DNA of 27,390 nt from Peribolospora baueri (Eukaryota): the NCBI GenBank assembly GCA_029717555.1, contig JAMDHS010000085.1, positions 62,001-89,390 of the forward strand. Reading direction: 5' to 3'. Below the pieces are notes generated by a model. The model was not told the DNA's origin. It made no database searches and worked only from the letters and a program-made list of their open reading frames with translations. The translations under genes and the position numbers were made by a program. Below, one piece after another: positions 8,762 to 20,061 of this stretch. The number at the start of each line of letters is the position of its first letter. Position 1 is the stretch's first letter.

Positions 8762-10784
8762 TCACCAATCATCGTCACTCTCCTCCTCGCTATCCTCTCC
8801 CATATTTCCTTTCCTCTGGTTAAGCGCCGCAGCCAGAGCGCTTGCAAGATCGCCGCCGCCGCCACCACCTGTTGTGCTCGAGGGGGAATCGTCGGTCGGG
8901 GGAAGAGGAGAAGCCGCTGTCGGAAAGGCGTGCGATGAGGATCCATCGGTCTTTCGGTCGGGAAATGGTGTTGTATACGTGAAAGACACGAGAAAGGAGG
9001 GAGTGCGGAAGCTATATGAGTAAAATGCACAATCAAACCCCTCGTTCCAATCGGCGAGCCCCACGCAGAACACAACACCACAGGTCGACCAGATTCAACC
9101 TGGACGCTCACCTTCTTGAGCGAATGAACACTCTTCCCCTGGATGCTGGCCAGCAAGTCCCCTCTTCCTGGTTGAGCAGGAGGCAACGAGGGCGCTGGCA
9201 CTCCTCCAGCCCCACCCACAGGAGGGGGAGGAGGCGGGGGAGGAGGGACGCCCCCGCCAGATGGGGGAGGTGGGGGAGGTGGTGGTGGCGGCGCTCCTCC
9301 GCCAGAGGGAGGAAGGGGAGGGGGTGGTGGGGGGGCTGAGGATGAGCCACCTTGATGTTGTTCAAGAGAGAAAAAGAGGAAAAACAGCCATGTGAACAGA
9401 GTGAGAATTGCTGCATTGACAAGGAAGGAAAGTATTTCAGAAAGACGAAAGCAAAGCACTCACCGCCGCGAATGGGAGGTGGCGGCGGAGGAGGGGCGGC
9501 GTTGCCCCCCCTGATCGGCGGTGGTGGTGGAACAGGTGCGTGACCTCCCCGAACAGGTGGAGGAGGTGGGGGTGGGGGAGAGGACACGGATGCGCGAACT
9601 GGAGGGGGGGGCGGAGGTGGGGGCGACGTCGTAGCGGGAGGAGGAGGCGGCGGAGGTGGTGCAGGAGGTGCAGGCACGGATTGCTGCTCCGGCTCGGCCT
9701 CCACCGCAACCGCGTTCGCTCCAACCGCCTTCCTTGACGGCGGAGGCGGTGGTGGTTTTCTCTCGGTCTTGCGACTTGGCGGGGCAGCCGGCGGCGTCTT
9801 CTTAGGCTTAGCCGCACCCGCCTTGACGACGGCCTCTGGACCTCCTTGCTTGGCGACGAAAGAGCGGATGAAATCCTCGTTGCGCGCGATATCCTTCTTC
9901 GACACGCCCAAAGAGTCCAGCTGGTCCAGGAGGGCTTGCCAGGATGGATCGACATTGCGAGAGGAGAACCCGTGTTCGGCATCGAAGCCCATGTGGGCGA
10001 CGTGCTGGTAGTTGGAGGGCCCGCTGATCATCGACTTGTCGATCTTGCCCTTCTTCGCCTTCTTTGTCGTTGACTTTGAGGAGGAGCTCTCTGGAGATAA
10101 CCCGCATAAAGGCAAGGTCAGATCCGTCAGATTACTTCCCGACTTACATCGAAAGGCCGAAGCTGTCAAGAAATGTCCACTCACTAGCGTATTTCTGTCG
10201 GTTCAACACCTTCTTGTACAGCTCGCCGGCCTCCGATTCATCCGCAAACGAAAAGCCAATCATACAATCCTGAGCGGAGAGAAATATAACGTATGGCTTC
10301 GAGCATCAGCTAAGCCAAGTCGACTGAGGGACTCGCTGGCACCAGATCAAGAGCTTTTTGCGAGAGACACGCACATCGCCAGAGAAAGAATGAAAGAAGG
10401 TGCGATCCTGGTTGTACTGGAGGTTTTCGTATAGTTCATGTTCCCAGATGACGCCTCGAGTACCCTTTGAGCGCGATATACGAGTGAACGAAGAAGGCCG
10501 TGAGTGAGTCGGTGAGGTGCCACTTAAATGGTTCCTGCTCCTGAGCCAGGTAGGGACCGCCGACTCACAGAAAGGTCCACAAGCCGAAAATAAAAACTGC
10601 CCTTGGAATGATCTCTCACGAAAGCCAAAGCTCCCTGAAGGCCGGTATAGCTCCAGGAAGAAGGATCGGGATGGGCGGCATAGACGCGAGCAACGGTGGC
10701 AGTGACGATCTTGTTGGAAGAGGTGGGGATGGAGTGTTTAACTTTGGACTTGTCGTCCGAGTTGAGAGTCGTCACTGAGGGCAT
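8762..10784 (-). CDS. LAS17: WASP-family actin nucleation-promoting factor (Las17/Wsp1), 6 exons: 10784-10569, 10464-10375, 10269-10185, 10090-9464, 9350-9112, 8950-8762 (481 aa)
   Basis: WH1 domain (VARVYAAHPDPSSWSYTGLQGAL...FYFRLVDL|GTRGVIWEHELY...FFHSF), CRIB motif (KIDKSMISGPSNYQHVAHMGFD), polyproline tracts, WH2 (GRGDLLASIQGKSVHSLKK), and a central/acidic tail (LASALAAALNQRK...EEESDDDW*). All introns GT-AG. Exon sum 1446 nt. Confidence 0.95.
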
Positions 10785-11005
10785 CTTGGCAGGGCGAGAG
10801 GAGGGGCGATGCGCTCGTACCTTCGTGTGCTGCTCGCCGGACGTATGAGATGGGAGATGTTGAGGTGTCTAAGATGGTAGGTAGGAGGTGGGCCTGCCGC
10901 AGTCGCCGGTTCCCACGCGCGGGGCATGCGCGGGGCGACCGGCGGGAGATTGAGTACTTATCGAGACGCAGAGCGAGGCGATCGTGATCAGGACGAGCAA
11001 CAGCA

Positions 11006-11048
11006 TCGACGACGACGACGACGACCGACCGACCGACCGACCGACCGA
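11006..11048. repeat. Compound microsatellite (CGA)n(CCGA)n in the divergent LAS17/UBC13 intergenic region
   Basis: cgacgacgacgacgacgaccgaccgaccgaccgaccgaccga, read directly. Confidence 0.9.
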
Positions 11049-11151
11049 TTCGCTCCTAATCAGCATTTTCCGACTCGCATTTCCCGCTCGTCTCATCAAA
11101 CTCCTTCACCCTCCCTCGTAGCCCGTCGGGGCAAGTGGTTGACTTTGCGAT

Positions 11152-12334
11152 ATGGCGCTTCCGAAGCGAATCATCAAGGTGGGCCGCCATCAGAGGAGGA
11201 GATGGACATGGGGCGCTGTCTGAATATGGTGGCACTGAATTCTTCCCTCTTCGGCTTATTTCTCTTTGTTGCACCACTCGGTTGCCTTATTTCCTACGTG
11301 GTGTATGCGTGACTGGATACGTCACGTACCATCCCCGGACCCGGCGCTCAGGAAACGGAACGACTTCTCGCCGACTCTCCACCGGGCATTTCGGCCGTGC
11401 CTCACGAGGACAATCTGCGCTACTTTGACGTGCTCATTTCTGGACCGAGTCAATCCCCGTTTGAGGGTGCGTCGGCTTCTGGAAGGGAACGGGCGGGTTC
11501 ATGTCCTGTTATGCTTCCAGGCGAAGCTTGACGACCTTCGGTCTTTTTTTTTTCCTTCCTTCGTTCCTTCATCTGGACTAGGCGGCAAGTTCAAGCTGGA
11601 GCTCTTTCTTCCTGAAGAGTACCCGATGGCACCCCCCAAGGTTCGTTTCCTCACCAAGATCTACCACCCCAATATCGGTGAGTCGGGTCATTGCCACTTT
11701 TGCGCCTCCGTATCCTATCGTGAATACTGAAGCACGACGAAATGTTCGAGTGAATGCTTTCCTCGTCTATTGTGCATAGCTGATTACTTCACGTCTCCAT
11801 TCTGCGTCTCCATTCTGCGTCTCCATTCCTATTAATAGACAAGCTTGGCCGAATTTGTCTTGACATCTTGAAGGGTAAGCCAATTATATTTCTTTCCGAT
11901 GTCAACCTAAGGGCGTTCAGTACATCAGCTCACCTTACGCATCTTTCATATCTTCAACGGTCGTGCTCATCTTATTCGCATTGACGACACGACCGCCCGG
12001 CGACAGACAAATGGTCCCCCGCTCTCCAAATCCGCACCGTCCTCCTCTCCATCCAAGCGCTCCTCTCCGCGCCCAACCCGGACGATCCATTGGCTGACGA
12101 CGTCGCCAAGCATTACAAGCAGGACGAGAAGGCGGCGATTGCAATCAGCAAACAGTGGACGGAGATGTATGCCAAGGTGAGTTGATAGTGGGCTAGTCCG
12201 GATGGCATTGGATGAGGAGGGGAAATGGCTTGATCGGAGTGGAGATCATCAGCAAGGCTTGTCAGACGCATTGCCCACCCGCTCACGCGTTTGCATCTAT
12301 GCTTCTCTTCCCTCCTTTTTCGCGTATCCAGTAG
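11152..12334 (+). CDS. UBC13: Ubiquitin-conjugating enzyme E2 Ubc13; exons 11152-11178, 11352-11466, 11582-11677, 11839-11874, 12007-12176, plus a probable terminal exon starting with the stop TAG at 12332-12334 (148 aa)
   Basis: [36 protein letters not shown]...[78 protein letters not shown]... with the catalytic Cys present. If the last intron is not removed, the ORF stops at TGA 12183-12185. Confidence 0.96.
11792..11828. repeat. 13-bp tandem repeat (CGTCTCCATTCTG, about 3 copies) in UBC13 intron 3
   Basis: cgtctccattctg cgtctccattctg cgtctccattc, just upstream of the acceptor at 11838. Confidence 0.9.
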
Positions 12335-13538
12335 ATTCTCGTTACATACTTTGTAAGCACTAGTCACGATTCATCGAAGGAACATATATTCAGGCTCCCG
12401 ATTATCATCGTGAAGGCAGCGAGCGGACGATGTGACGCGATCTATAACGGTTGCAGGCTGTCAGATGGACTCTCGGTGCGCTCACTGAAGGCCTGAAGTT
12501 GTTGACCTTCTCACCGCTGTCCAGCCACCACCATCCGCGAGACCAGCCAATCGGAAGAACGAATGAACGTGAGCCCTAGAGCGGCGCCGGACGACAGCCA
12601 TGACCTTCATGTGCTCCTGAGCAGCTGCCAAATCCCGCGGCGTGCCTCTTCGGATGAGCTCTTGGAGTTTCTGCAGATGTTTTGTTGGAGCAGGTTATTG
12701 GAGGGACGAGGATGAACAGATTGTTTAAACCGGCACTAGACTTCAGTTTACTGCTAGTTATTGACGTGCGCAAATGTCCCTGATTGTGAGGGGCGGCAGC
12801 TGATGCACTCACCGCGCCTTGTGCCGCGCGATCCTCTTCCTCCAATTCGTTTAGGGATTTGAGGTTCTACCAACCACAACGAGGGCGATGAAACCGCCAA
12901 ACACGCTTACCTTAGTTCTTCGTTGCGCAAAGTGTCGTCTTCGATTTTCCATGGCAACCATGGACGACGGGCGGGGCAAAATCGCGCTCACCTCGCTGGT
13001 GTTCATCACCGCTTCTGATCGTCGATCCAACTCTGGCATGCGATACCCTGCGAACGCTAGGCGCTTTCTGAATCTCCCTTCGCCGGTGGAGAGAGGGTCG
13101 TGAATGTCGGAGCTGGGCGGGGCAGCACATATAAATCAGGGCAAGCTGACCGAGAGTTACCCTTCCTTTGTATTCGCCCTCCCTATTTGCATAGGTCTTC
13201 GCCAGCATGCCCGGGGACACGTGAACAGTGGAAGAGACCGACCTAGAGGTGGGAAACTTGGAGACATGCGTCTCTTCTCTTCAAGGGATTCACGCGCTCA
13301 GAGCGAGCCTGAAGATAAGCAGTCATCACAACCCACGTCCGACGCGCCGAGACCTTTGCTATTAAAAGTTCAGAAGGCGAGAAGACGGAAGGGGTCGACG
13401 GACAAGTCCACAACGTCAGACCGAGACGACGAGACTGGAACAAGGCGTACACAGCCATCCCTTCTTCATGGAAAAGAGGGTGAAAAAGGCCTTCGCGACC
13501 GTGTATCCCACCTTTATAGCGGCCCACGCTTCACTCGG

Positions 13539-13877
13539 CAGTGCAATATTCCACTCCACGGAAAACCGTTATTCTCTTGTTGAAGACCCTTTTCTCCTTT
13601 GTTTTTATATTCCACCGCTGGTTCTCCGCCCACGCTTTTCCATTTTGGCACGTGGCACGACATCATCGAAAACCGTTTCTTGTCGCCGTTTTTTTCCTCC
13701 CACCCTCCGACGACCTGTTTCTTTCTTGTTTTTTTCTTGCTGCTTTATCTTCCCTTCCCGTTGAAGACATTTTTCTCTTGTTGAAGACCCTTTTCTCCTT
13801 GTTTTTCATCTTCCACCGCTGATTCTCCGCCCACGCTTTTCCATTTTGTTTTCCGCCCGCCAGTGCAATATTCCACT
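13539..13877. repeat. Local direct duplications: about 76 bp (13572-13647 / 13773-13848) and 17 bp CAGTGCAATATTCCACT (13539-13555 / 13861-13877)
   Basis: Both long copies read ttctcttgttgaagacccttttctcctt...ttccaccgctg.ttctccgcccacgcttttccattttg with a few differences. The 17-mer copies are identical. Confidence 0.85.
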
Positions 13878-14272
13878 TCCCGCCTCCCCCCTCATGAGCC
13901 GGCAGGAACAGACAAACGGCCTTTTTCTGCCGTCCTCAAGTTGTCCAGCACCGCTCCCACCAGCTTCGTAACCTTTTCCTTTTGCTCTGCCTTCGTCCCT
14001 TCCTCCTTTTGTTCCCCCTCATGCCTCTTTTCCCTTCCATTGCTCCGAATTCCTTCTTTTTGTTCCCCCTCACGTCCCTTCTTCCTTCTTTCCCTTTTCC
14101 CCATCCATCTTTCCTTCCCCGTCGACGTCCTCCTCCTCGTCCCTCCCCCTCTTGACCCCGCGTTGACTCTCATTCTCTTTGCCATTGGGAATGGATAAAG
14201 GGTGGAATGTATCAACAGCGACTACAGTACCGAGTACAAAGTTAGAGTGACTCGCAAGCCTGCCCTCTCAAG

Positions 14273-15945
14273 TTACCTCACCCGAACCCTCGCATCTTCC
14301 CAAAGATCGCTCTGACCCCACAAGCCTGCCACGGCGGTGATGACCATCCAAGCTGCCGTGATCTCTTGTTGAGATCCTTGCCATTCATCTACGTGCCCGT
14401 CTCTTTCCTCGTGTCTTGCTTCTCTGGCTTCCCGTTCTTCTCCTCCCCTCCCTTCGCTCGCACCTTCTTCTTTCATCTGCTCTCTTCCCGCGCCCTCCTC
14501 CTTATCCTTTACCAACGCAAGATCGCAAACGGCCACCTCCATACAGGTCCTCGCAAGACCTCTCAGCGTGCTGATATCTTCTCCCGTCAGATGGGCGTCC
14601 ACGTGAGCGAGAAGAGAAAAGAGCCAACGGGACCACAGGGGCGGGAGTAAAGCAGGCAAAAAAGCTGGTGCGGAGGAGTCGAGCACGGTCGTGGAGGAAA
14701 GCGTTGGTGGTGGATGATTCGACGGTGCCGGTAGCCCTTGTCGCTGCTCTTGAGCCGTATTCTCGGCCTCGGACGAGGAGGCGGCGAGCTGGGTGGCGGC
14801 CATGGCGGAAAGCTGCGAAAGAGAACGATCGATCCAGCTCCGGAAGTGTGAGAGCAATGATAGAGTTGTTCTCTGGAAGAGAGAGAATTCGTAAAATCGA
14901 GGCAAGAAGCAACGAGAGACACTTTTCAGTACAAAGGGCGAGGTTGGGGGCGAAGCTGGCCAGTTCGTCACTCAAGAGGAAGCCGGCTTACCTGGTCCAG
15001 CGCCTTGATCACAGCCGTTGTGGGTTCCCTTGACTTCGTTTTCTGGTCCTCCTCGACTTTGCCCTTTATGTCCTTTTCTCCTGCGTCCTCATCCATGCCG
15101 TCCGCATCTTCCTTCGGCGCGCTGTCTCCCCTCTTCTCTTCCTCCTCTTCCACCATGTGTACGTCCTCGTCCTCCCCTTCACTTGCCGCGAGCTCCTCCT
15201 TCATCTCGTCCTCCTCTTGGGTCACATCTTCCGCGGACCCGTCGCCGCCGGTTGCTGATCGTGCGGACGGACGCTCGCCGTTCACGTAAATGTACCACTG
15301 CACCGCGTTCGCGCGATTTGGCATTGGCCGATAGCGCTCTGGAAGGGACGAGGCTGGGGTGCGAGGTAGGGAGGCGAGGTGCTGCATTATTGGGATGAAA
15401 GCCGCGAGGGACATCGAACAGTTCAGCCTTTCGTCGCCCAGGAGTGCACGTCTGAGGAGAGATCCCGGGTGCTCCTTACCTCCCTCACAGTACGCAGTCG
15501 GGTCAAGAAAGACTGCCTCCATCCCTCAGAAGGCAACCTTGGGTTCACAGGCGGCGTTGGACGCGGTCGGGTGGGAAGAGGGGAAGTGTCGGTGGCAGAG
15601 TAGGGGTTTGGTGCGCTTGAGTAGCGAGGTGCCGATTGGGCTTCATGTCTGTGGGTAGCATGGGCAGAATTCATATGCAGGACGTCAGATTCCTACTCAA
15701 GAGGGACGATGTAGCGTTATTTTCATCAAACCTACTCACCTCACGATGGCCAGATACTCTGCCCCATCCAGCGGCACCGCTCCCTCGAAGTCATAACCCT
15801 CCGGCAAGACGGCGACGGGGAGCGTCTGGTTGCCATGACTCTCTTCCCCGTCTACGCCTCCTCCTCGCCTGCCCGCCCTTTTCCCCTTTCTCTCCTCTCC
15901 GCCGCCCCGTTTCCGTTTTCCGAGCTGTCCACTTGCTTCGCTCAT
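14273..15945 (-). CDS. GEMIN2: Gemin2/SIP1 (Brr1/Yip11-like) SMN-complex protein, 4 exons: 15945-15740, 15648-15480, 15381-14992, 14872-14273 (454 aa)
   Basis: N-terminal PLDGAEYLAIVR|HEAQSAP, then LPSEGWRQSFL, and C-terminal WSRWLFSLLAHVDAHLTGEDISTLRGLARTC and AAWMVITAVAGLWGQSDLW. These match the Gemin2 signature blocks. Introns GT-AG. Exon sum 1365 nt. Confidence 0.85.
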
Positions 15946-16171
15946 TACTCAGTGGGCGCCCGGCAGGGAATGAAGCTGGAGGGCGAGTAAACCAGCAACA
16001 ACAGCCTTCCAATAGTGCTTCGCTTCGACTGTCTGTGCCGCAGCCGATCACCTCCTCGGACAAGCACGGACAAGCGCGGGATGGGCCTGAATTTCTTCTC
16101 GGACCGTCTTCATAGGTGGTAGTAGCCTTCGATCGTCCTCCTTCGCGCTTTTCTCGCTTCCTCCTCCGACG

Positions 16172-19100
16172 ATGCCCAGTCAAGAAGCCCATCCTCCACT
16201 GCGCGTGCTTGTGATAGGCGCGGGCGGCCGTGAGCACGCCTTGGCGCACAAGCTCGAGCAGTCCGCGCGTGTCCAGCAGGTCTTCGTCGCTCCCGGCAAT
16301 GGCGGCACCCAGCTTGGCGAGCGGTGCAGGAATGTGGATGTCAAGGTCACTCCCAAGGACGGGTTCGAGGCGATCACCCATTTCGCTGTGCAGGAGAGGG
16401 TGCGTGGTGCTCTTCTTGGTTTCCTACTACCGCGCTGGCGGCGACGGGAACCGACCTCGAGGAGATTTATGGTCCAATGGCACGCACGGTCCTCAGCTGG
16501 CCTGCCGGTCGCTCATCTGCCGAAACACACATTCTTATTGTGGTTTTTCCAAATCTTCCTAATCCATGCAGGTAAACCTCGTTGTTCCGGGCCCTGAACA
16601 GCCCCTAGTGGACGGCGTAGAAGCCGCGTTCCGAAAAGGTTCGTCTCCTTCGTCTCGATGCCTCCTCTCCGGCAGGGGCAGCTTGGGCGGGCCTGTTGTT
16701 CTACCCGAGCTCGATCTGTTTTGCAACCTTACTAACATATTTCTACACTCTCTTCTCTCCTTTACTCGCTCCTAGTTGGAATCCCGGTCTTCGGTCCCTC
16801 CCCGCTTGCTGCGCGTATGGAAGGCTCCAAGTCTTTCTCGAAAGACTTCATGGCGCGCCACTCGATCCCCACGGCCGCCTACCGCAACTTTACCGCGGGA
16901 CAGGGGGACGAGGCAAAGGATTATGTCAGGAAGTGTGGACACGAGATTGTGCTCAAGGCCTCCGGACTCGCGGCTGGAAAGGGCGTTCTTATCCCCGAGA
17001 GTTTGGAGGAGGCGGAGAAGGGAATCGAGGATATTTTGGTCAACAAGGTGTTCGGTGACGCTGGTGAGTCCCATTTGCGACATGGTCCCTGATGCGCTCG
17101 GCTCGTCAAGTCGCTCATCGAGACCGCTTTCGGGTTCCCTGGCCTGACCTATTTGTGCGCGTGAAACTCCTCTCAGGCGACCACCTGGTCATCGAAGAGA
17201 AGCTGATCGGACAAGAGCTCTCCGTGCTAGCCTTCTCCGACGGCTACACCATCCTCACGCTCCCCGGTGCTCAAGATCACAAGCGCATCGGCGAAGACGA
17301 CACGGGCCCGAACACCGGCGGCATGGGCGCCTACGCGCCGGCGCCAGTGGCTACCCCAGAGCTACAGAACGAGATCGAGCGGACTGTTCTTCAACCTACG
17401 ATTGCAGGCATGCGCAAGGACGGCTTCCCCTTCGTGGGAATGCTTTTCGTTGGGCTCATGTGCACGGAGAAGGGCCCGAAGGTGTTGGAGTACAACGTCC
17501 GCTTTGGTGATCCGGAGACGGAAGCGGTGCTCCAGCTTCTGGACGACGAGACGGACTTGGCTGAGGTGTTGTTGGTGAGCCTCTTTGGTCTGGAGCTGCG
17601 TGCAACATGATCCTTGCGGCTGACGGTAGGTATCGCAAGGGCCGACTGCTAATGAACCACATCTCTGTCATCTCGTTCTGGGCGCCAGGCTTGCGCTGAG
17701 CACAGGCTCGACTCCGTCAAGCTTGGTGTACGTAAAGGTCACGCAGTCTCCATCGTCCTTGCCTCCAAAGGTTATCCAGCCAAATACCCTGTCGGCATCC
17801 CCATCAGGATCGGAAAACTGCCTGAAGGTGTGTCACCGTAGTTCAGACGTCAGGGCATGTGATCCTGCGACACTCCCTCGTCACTGGACCTCCTGCTTAC
17901 GTGTGTCTTCTTCGTTTCTCCTTCTCCGCTCTCTCGACCCAACCCTGTAGGCGTGTGTGCCTATCATGCGGGCACGGCTCTTAAAGACGGCCAGGTCGTC
18001 ACTGCAGGCGGTCGGGTATTGGTGGTCTCAGCGGCCGGACCGACGCTCAAGGACGCCCTCGCGCTAGCTTATAAGGGCGTGGATGCGATTGAATTTGATG
18101 GAAAGACGTTCCGTCGAGATATTGCTCATCGGTGAGAGGGATGAACAGAGTAAAGACTGCATCTTTCTTGTTCTAACGTGTACATGTTGATTGACTTGAC
18201 CTTTTTCCTGTCCTGATGTCCCTCATAACAGTGCTCTCAGCGCCTCCGCCGCGTCTACAGCACTAACCTACGCCTCTGCCGGAGTGTCCATTGATACAGG
18301 CAACGAGCTAGTCCAACGCATCAAGCCGGCCGTTAAGTCCACCCGCCGTCCCGGTTGCGACGGCGACATCGGCGGCTTCGGTGGCGTCTTCGATCTGGCC
18401 AAGGCTGGATTCCGGGATCCCGTGCTCGTCAGTGGGACGGATGGGGTCGGGACCAAGTTGATGGTTGCACACGATGCTGGGAAACATGATACTGTCGGTA
18501 AGTAGTCAAATCAGGCGGAAGAGCCAATGGGTCCATCCGTCCTGCCGGGGTATCTTCCATCTGAGTCGTGCCTTGGCGAGGTCCTGATGAGCTCTTTCCT
18601 CTGCGCGCCTTTGGACGTCTCTTTAGGCATCGACCTCGTGGCGATGTCCGTAAACGACCTTCTCGTCCAAGGCGCCGAACCGCTCTACTTCCTCGACTAC
18701 TTTGGCTGCGCGCGCCTCTCCCTACCCGTTGCCACGTCCGTGATCGAAGGTGTCGCGGAAGGGTGTCGGAGGGCGAACTGTGCGTTGATCGGGGGTGAGA
18801 CGGCGGAGATGCCGGGCATGTATGACGGCGACGACTATGACCTTGCCGGCTTTGCCGTGGGCGCCGTGGAGAGGGAGGAACTGTTGCCCAGCGAGGACCC
18901 GGAGAGGAAGGTGATGGAGGGAGACGTCTTGCTCGGCCTGGCCAGCTCGGGCATCCACTCCAACGGCTTCTCCCTCGTCCGCAAGGTCGTCGCCCGCGCC
19001 GGAGTCAAGCTTTCCGCCCCGCCTCCGTGGTCTTCTTCTTCCTCGCCGTCGTCGTCATCGCAACACCGAACCCTGGCCGAGGCGTTGCTCGAGCCGACAC

Positions 19101-19477
19101 ACATCTACGTCCGCTCCCTCCTCCCCGTCCTGCGCGGCAAGAAGCTCGTCAAAGCGATGAGCCATATCACCGGCGGTGGCTTCGTCGACAACCTCCCCCG
19201 CGTTCTGCCCCCCGACCTCGGCGCTTGGGTGGACGCGAGGACGTGGACGAGGCCCGAGGTGTTTTCGTGGCTTCAGGTCGAGGGTGGCGTTGAGGGAGTG
19301 GAGATGGCGAGGACGTTCAACAACGGGATCGGCATGGTGCTCGTCGTCTCCGAGGCGAATGTGGACGAGGTCGTGCGGAAGATCAAGGCGACCGGTTTGG
19401 AGAAGGAGGTGTACAGGATCGGCGCGGTGAAGAGGGGAGAGGGCGTCGAGATGAGGGGCCTGGAGGCTTGGAATTAG
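16172..19477 (+). CDS. ADE5,7: Bifunctional phosphoribosylamine-glycine ligase / AIR synthetase (GARS-AIRS), 8 exons: 16172-16399, 16572-16638, 16776-17063, 17177-17574, 17689-17827, 17951-18131, 18232-18497, 18627-19477 (805 aa)
   Basis: GARS motifs [55 protein letters not shown] and [14 protein letters not shown] motifs [49 protein letters not shown] and HITGGG. Exon sum 2418 nt. Confidence 0.97.
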
Positions 19478-20061
19478 CTGCCTGAGGATTGGAGTGGAGG
19501 GGGAAGAGGGGCAAGCAGGGAACTCGAAATTGCGCCGCTGTTGGCTCGCCCCGTCGTCCCTCTTTTCTCTATTTCTCCTGTAGACGAACAATCTCCGTTC
19601 GGCGGGGGTTTGGTTCTCTCCTGAAGGTCTGCGAAGGAAGTTGCTTCGGCCGTCCGTAATCTTCGATCGGATCAGCAGCCTCGTTCAACCCGATTCGGTC
19701 CTAGGGTGGGCGCGTCTACTACGGAGAGGGAAATCGGCCCGCTAAGGAGAGGGCGGGTTGCATGGGATTACCGGCAGAAGTGGGGCCCTGAGAGAGATCC
19801 GACAGAAACGTGGCTATGACAGGCAAGCCGACAGGTACGTACTACAGAGCAGAAAAAAAATCAAGACGAGAGTGATGTCGAGCGACATGGCGAGGGCGGG
19901 GAAGATATGGGACGAGAAGAGAGATTGGGGTGACGATGGGGGTGACGTGACGTGTGCAGATGAGCAGATGGAGTGGCGCGAGGGAGAGGAGACACAGCAG
20001 CGGGACAGGTACGAAAGCATGTGTGAGGCGGACAACTGAGTTGGACTGGACGGCGCGTGCG

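Noticed and set aside
11792..13877. Repeats as CRISPR-like arrays
   Set aside because: The context is eukaryotic, there are only 2-3 copies, no regular unique spacers and no cas genes.
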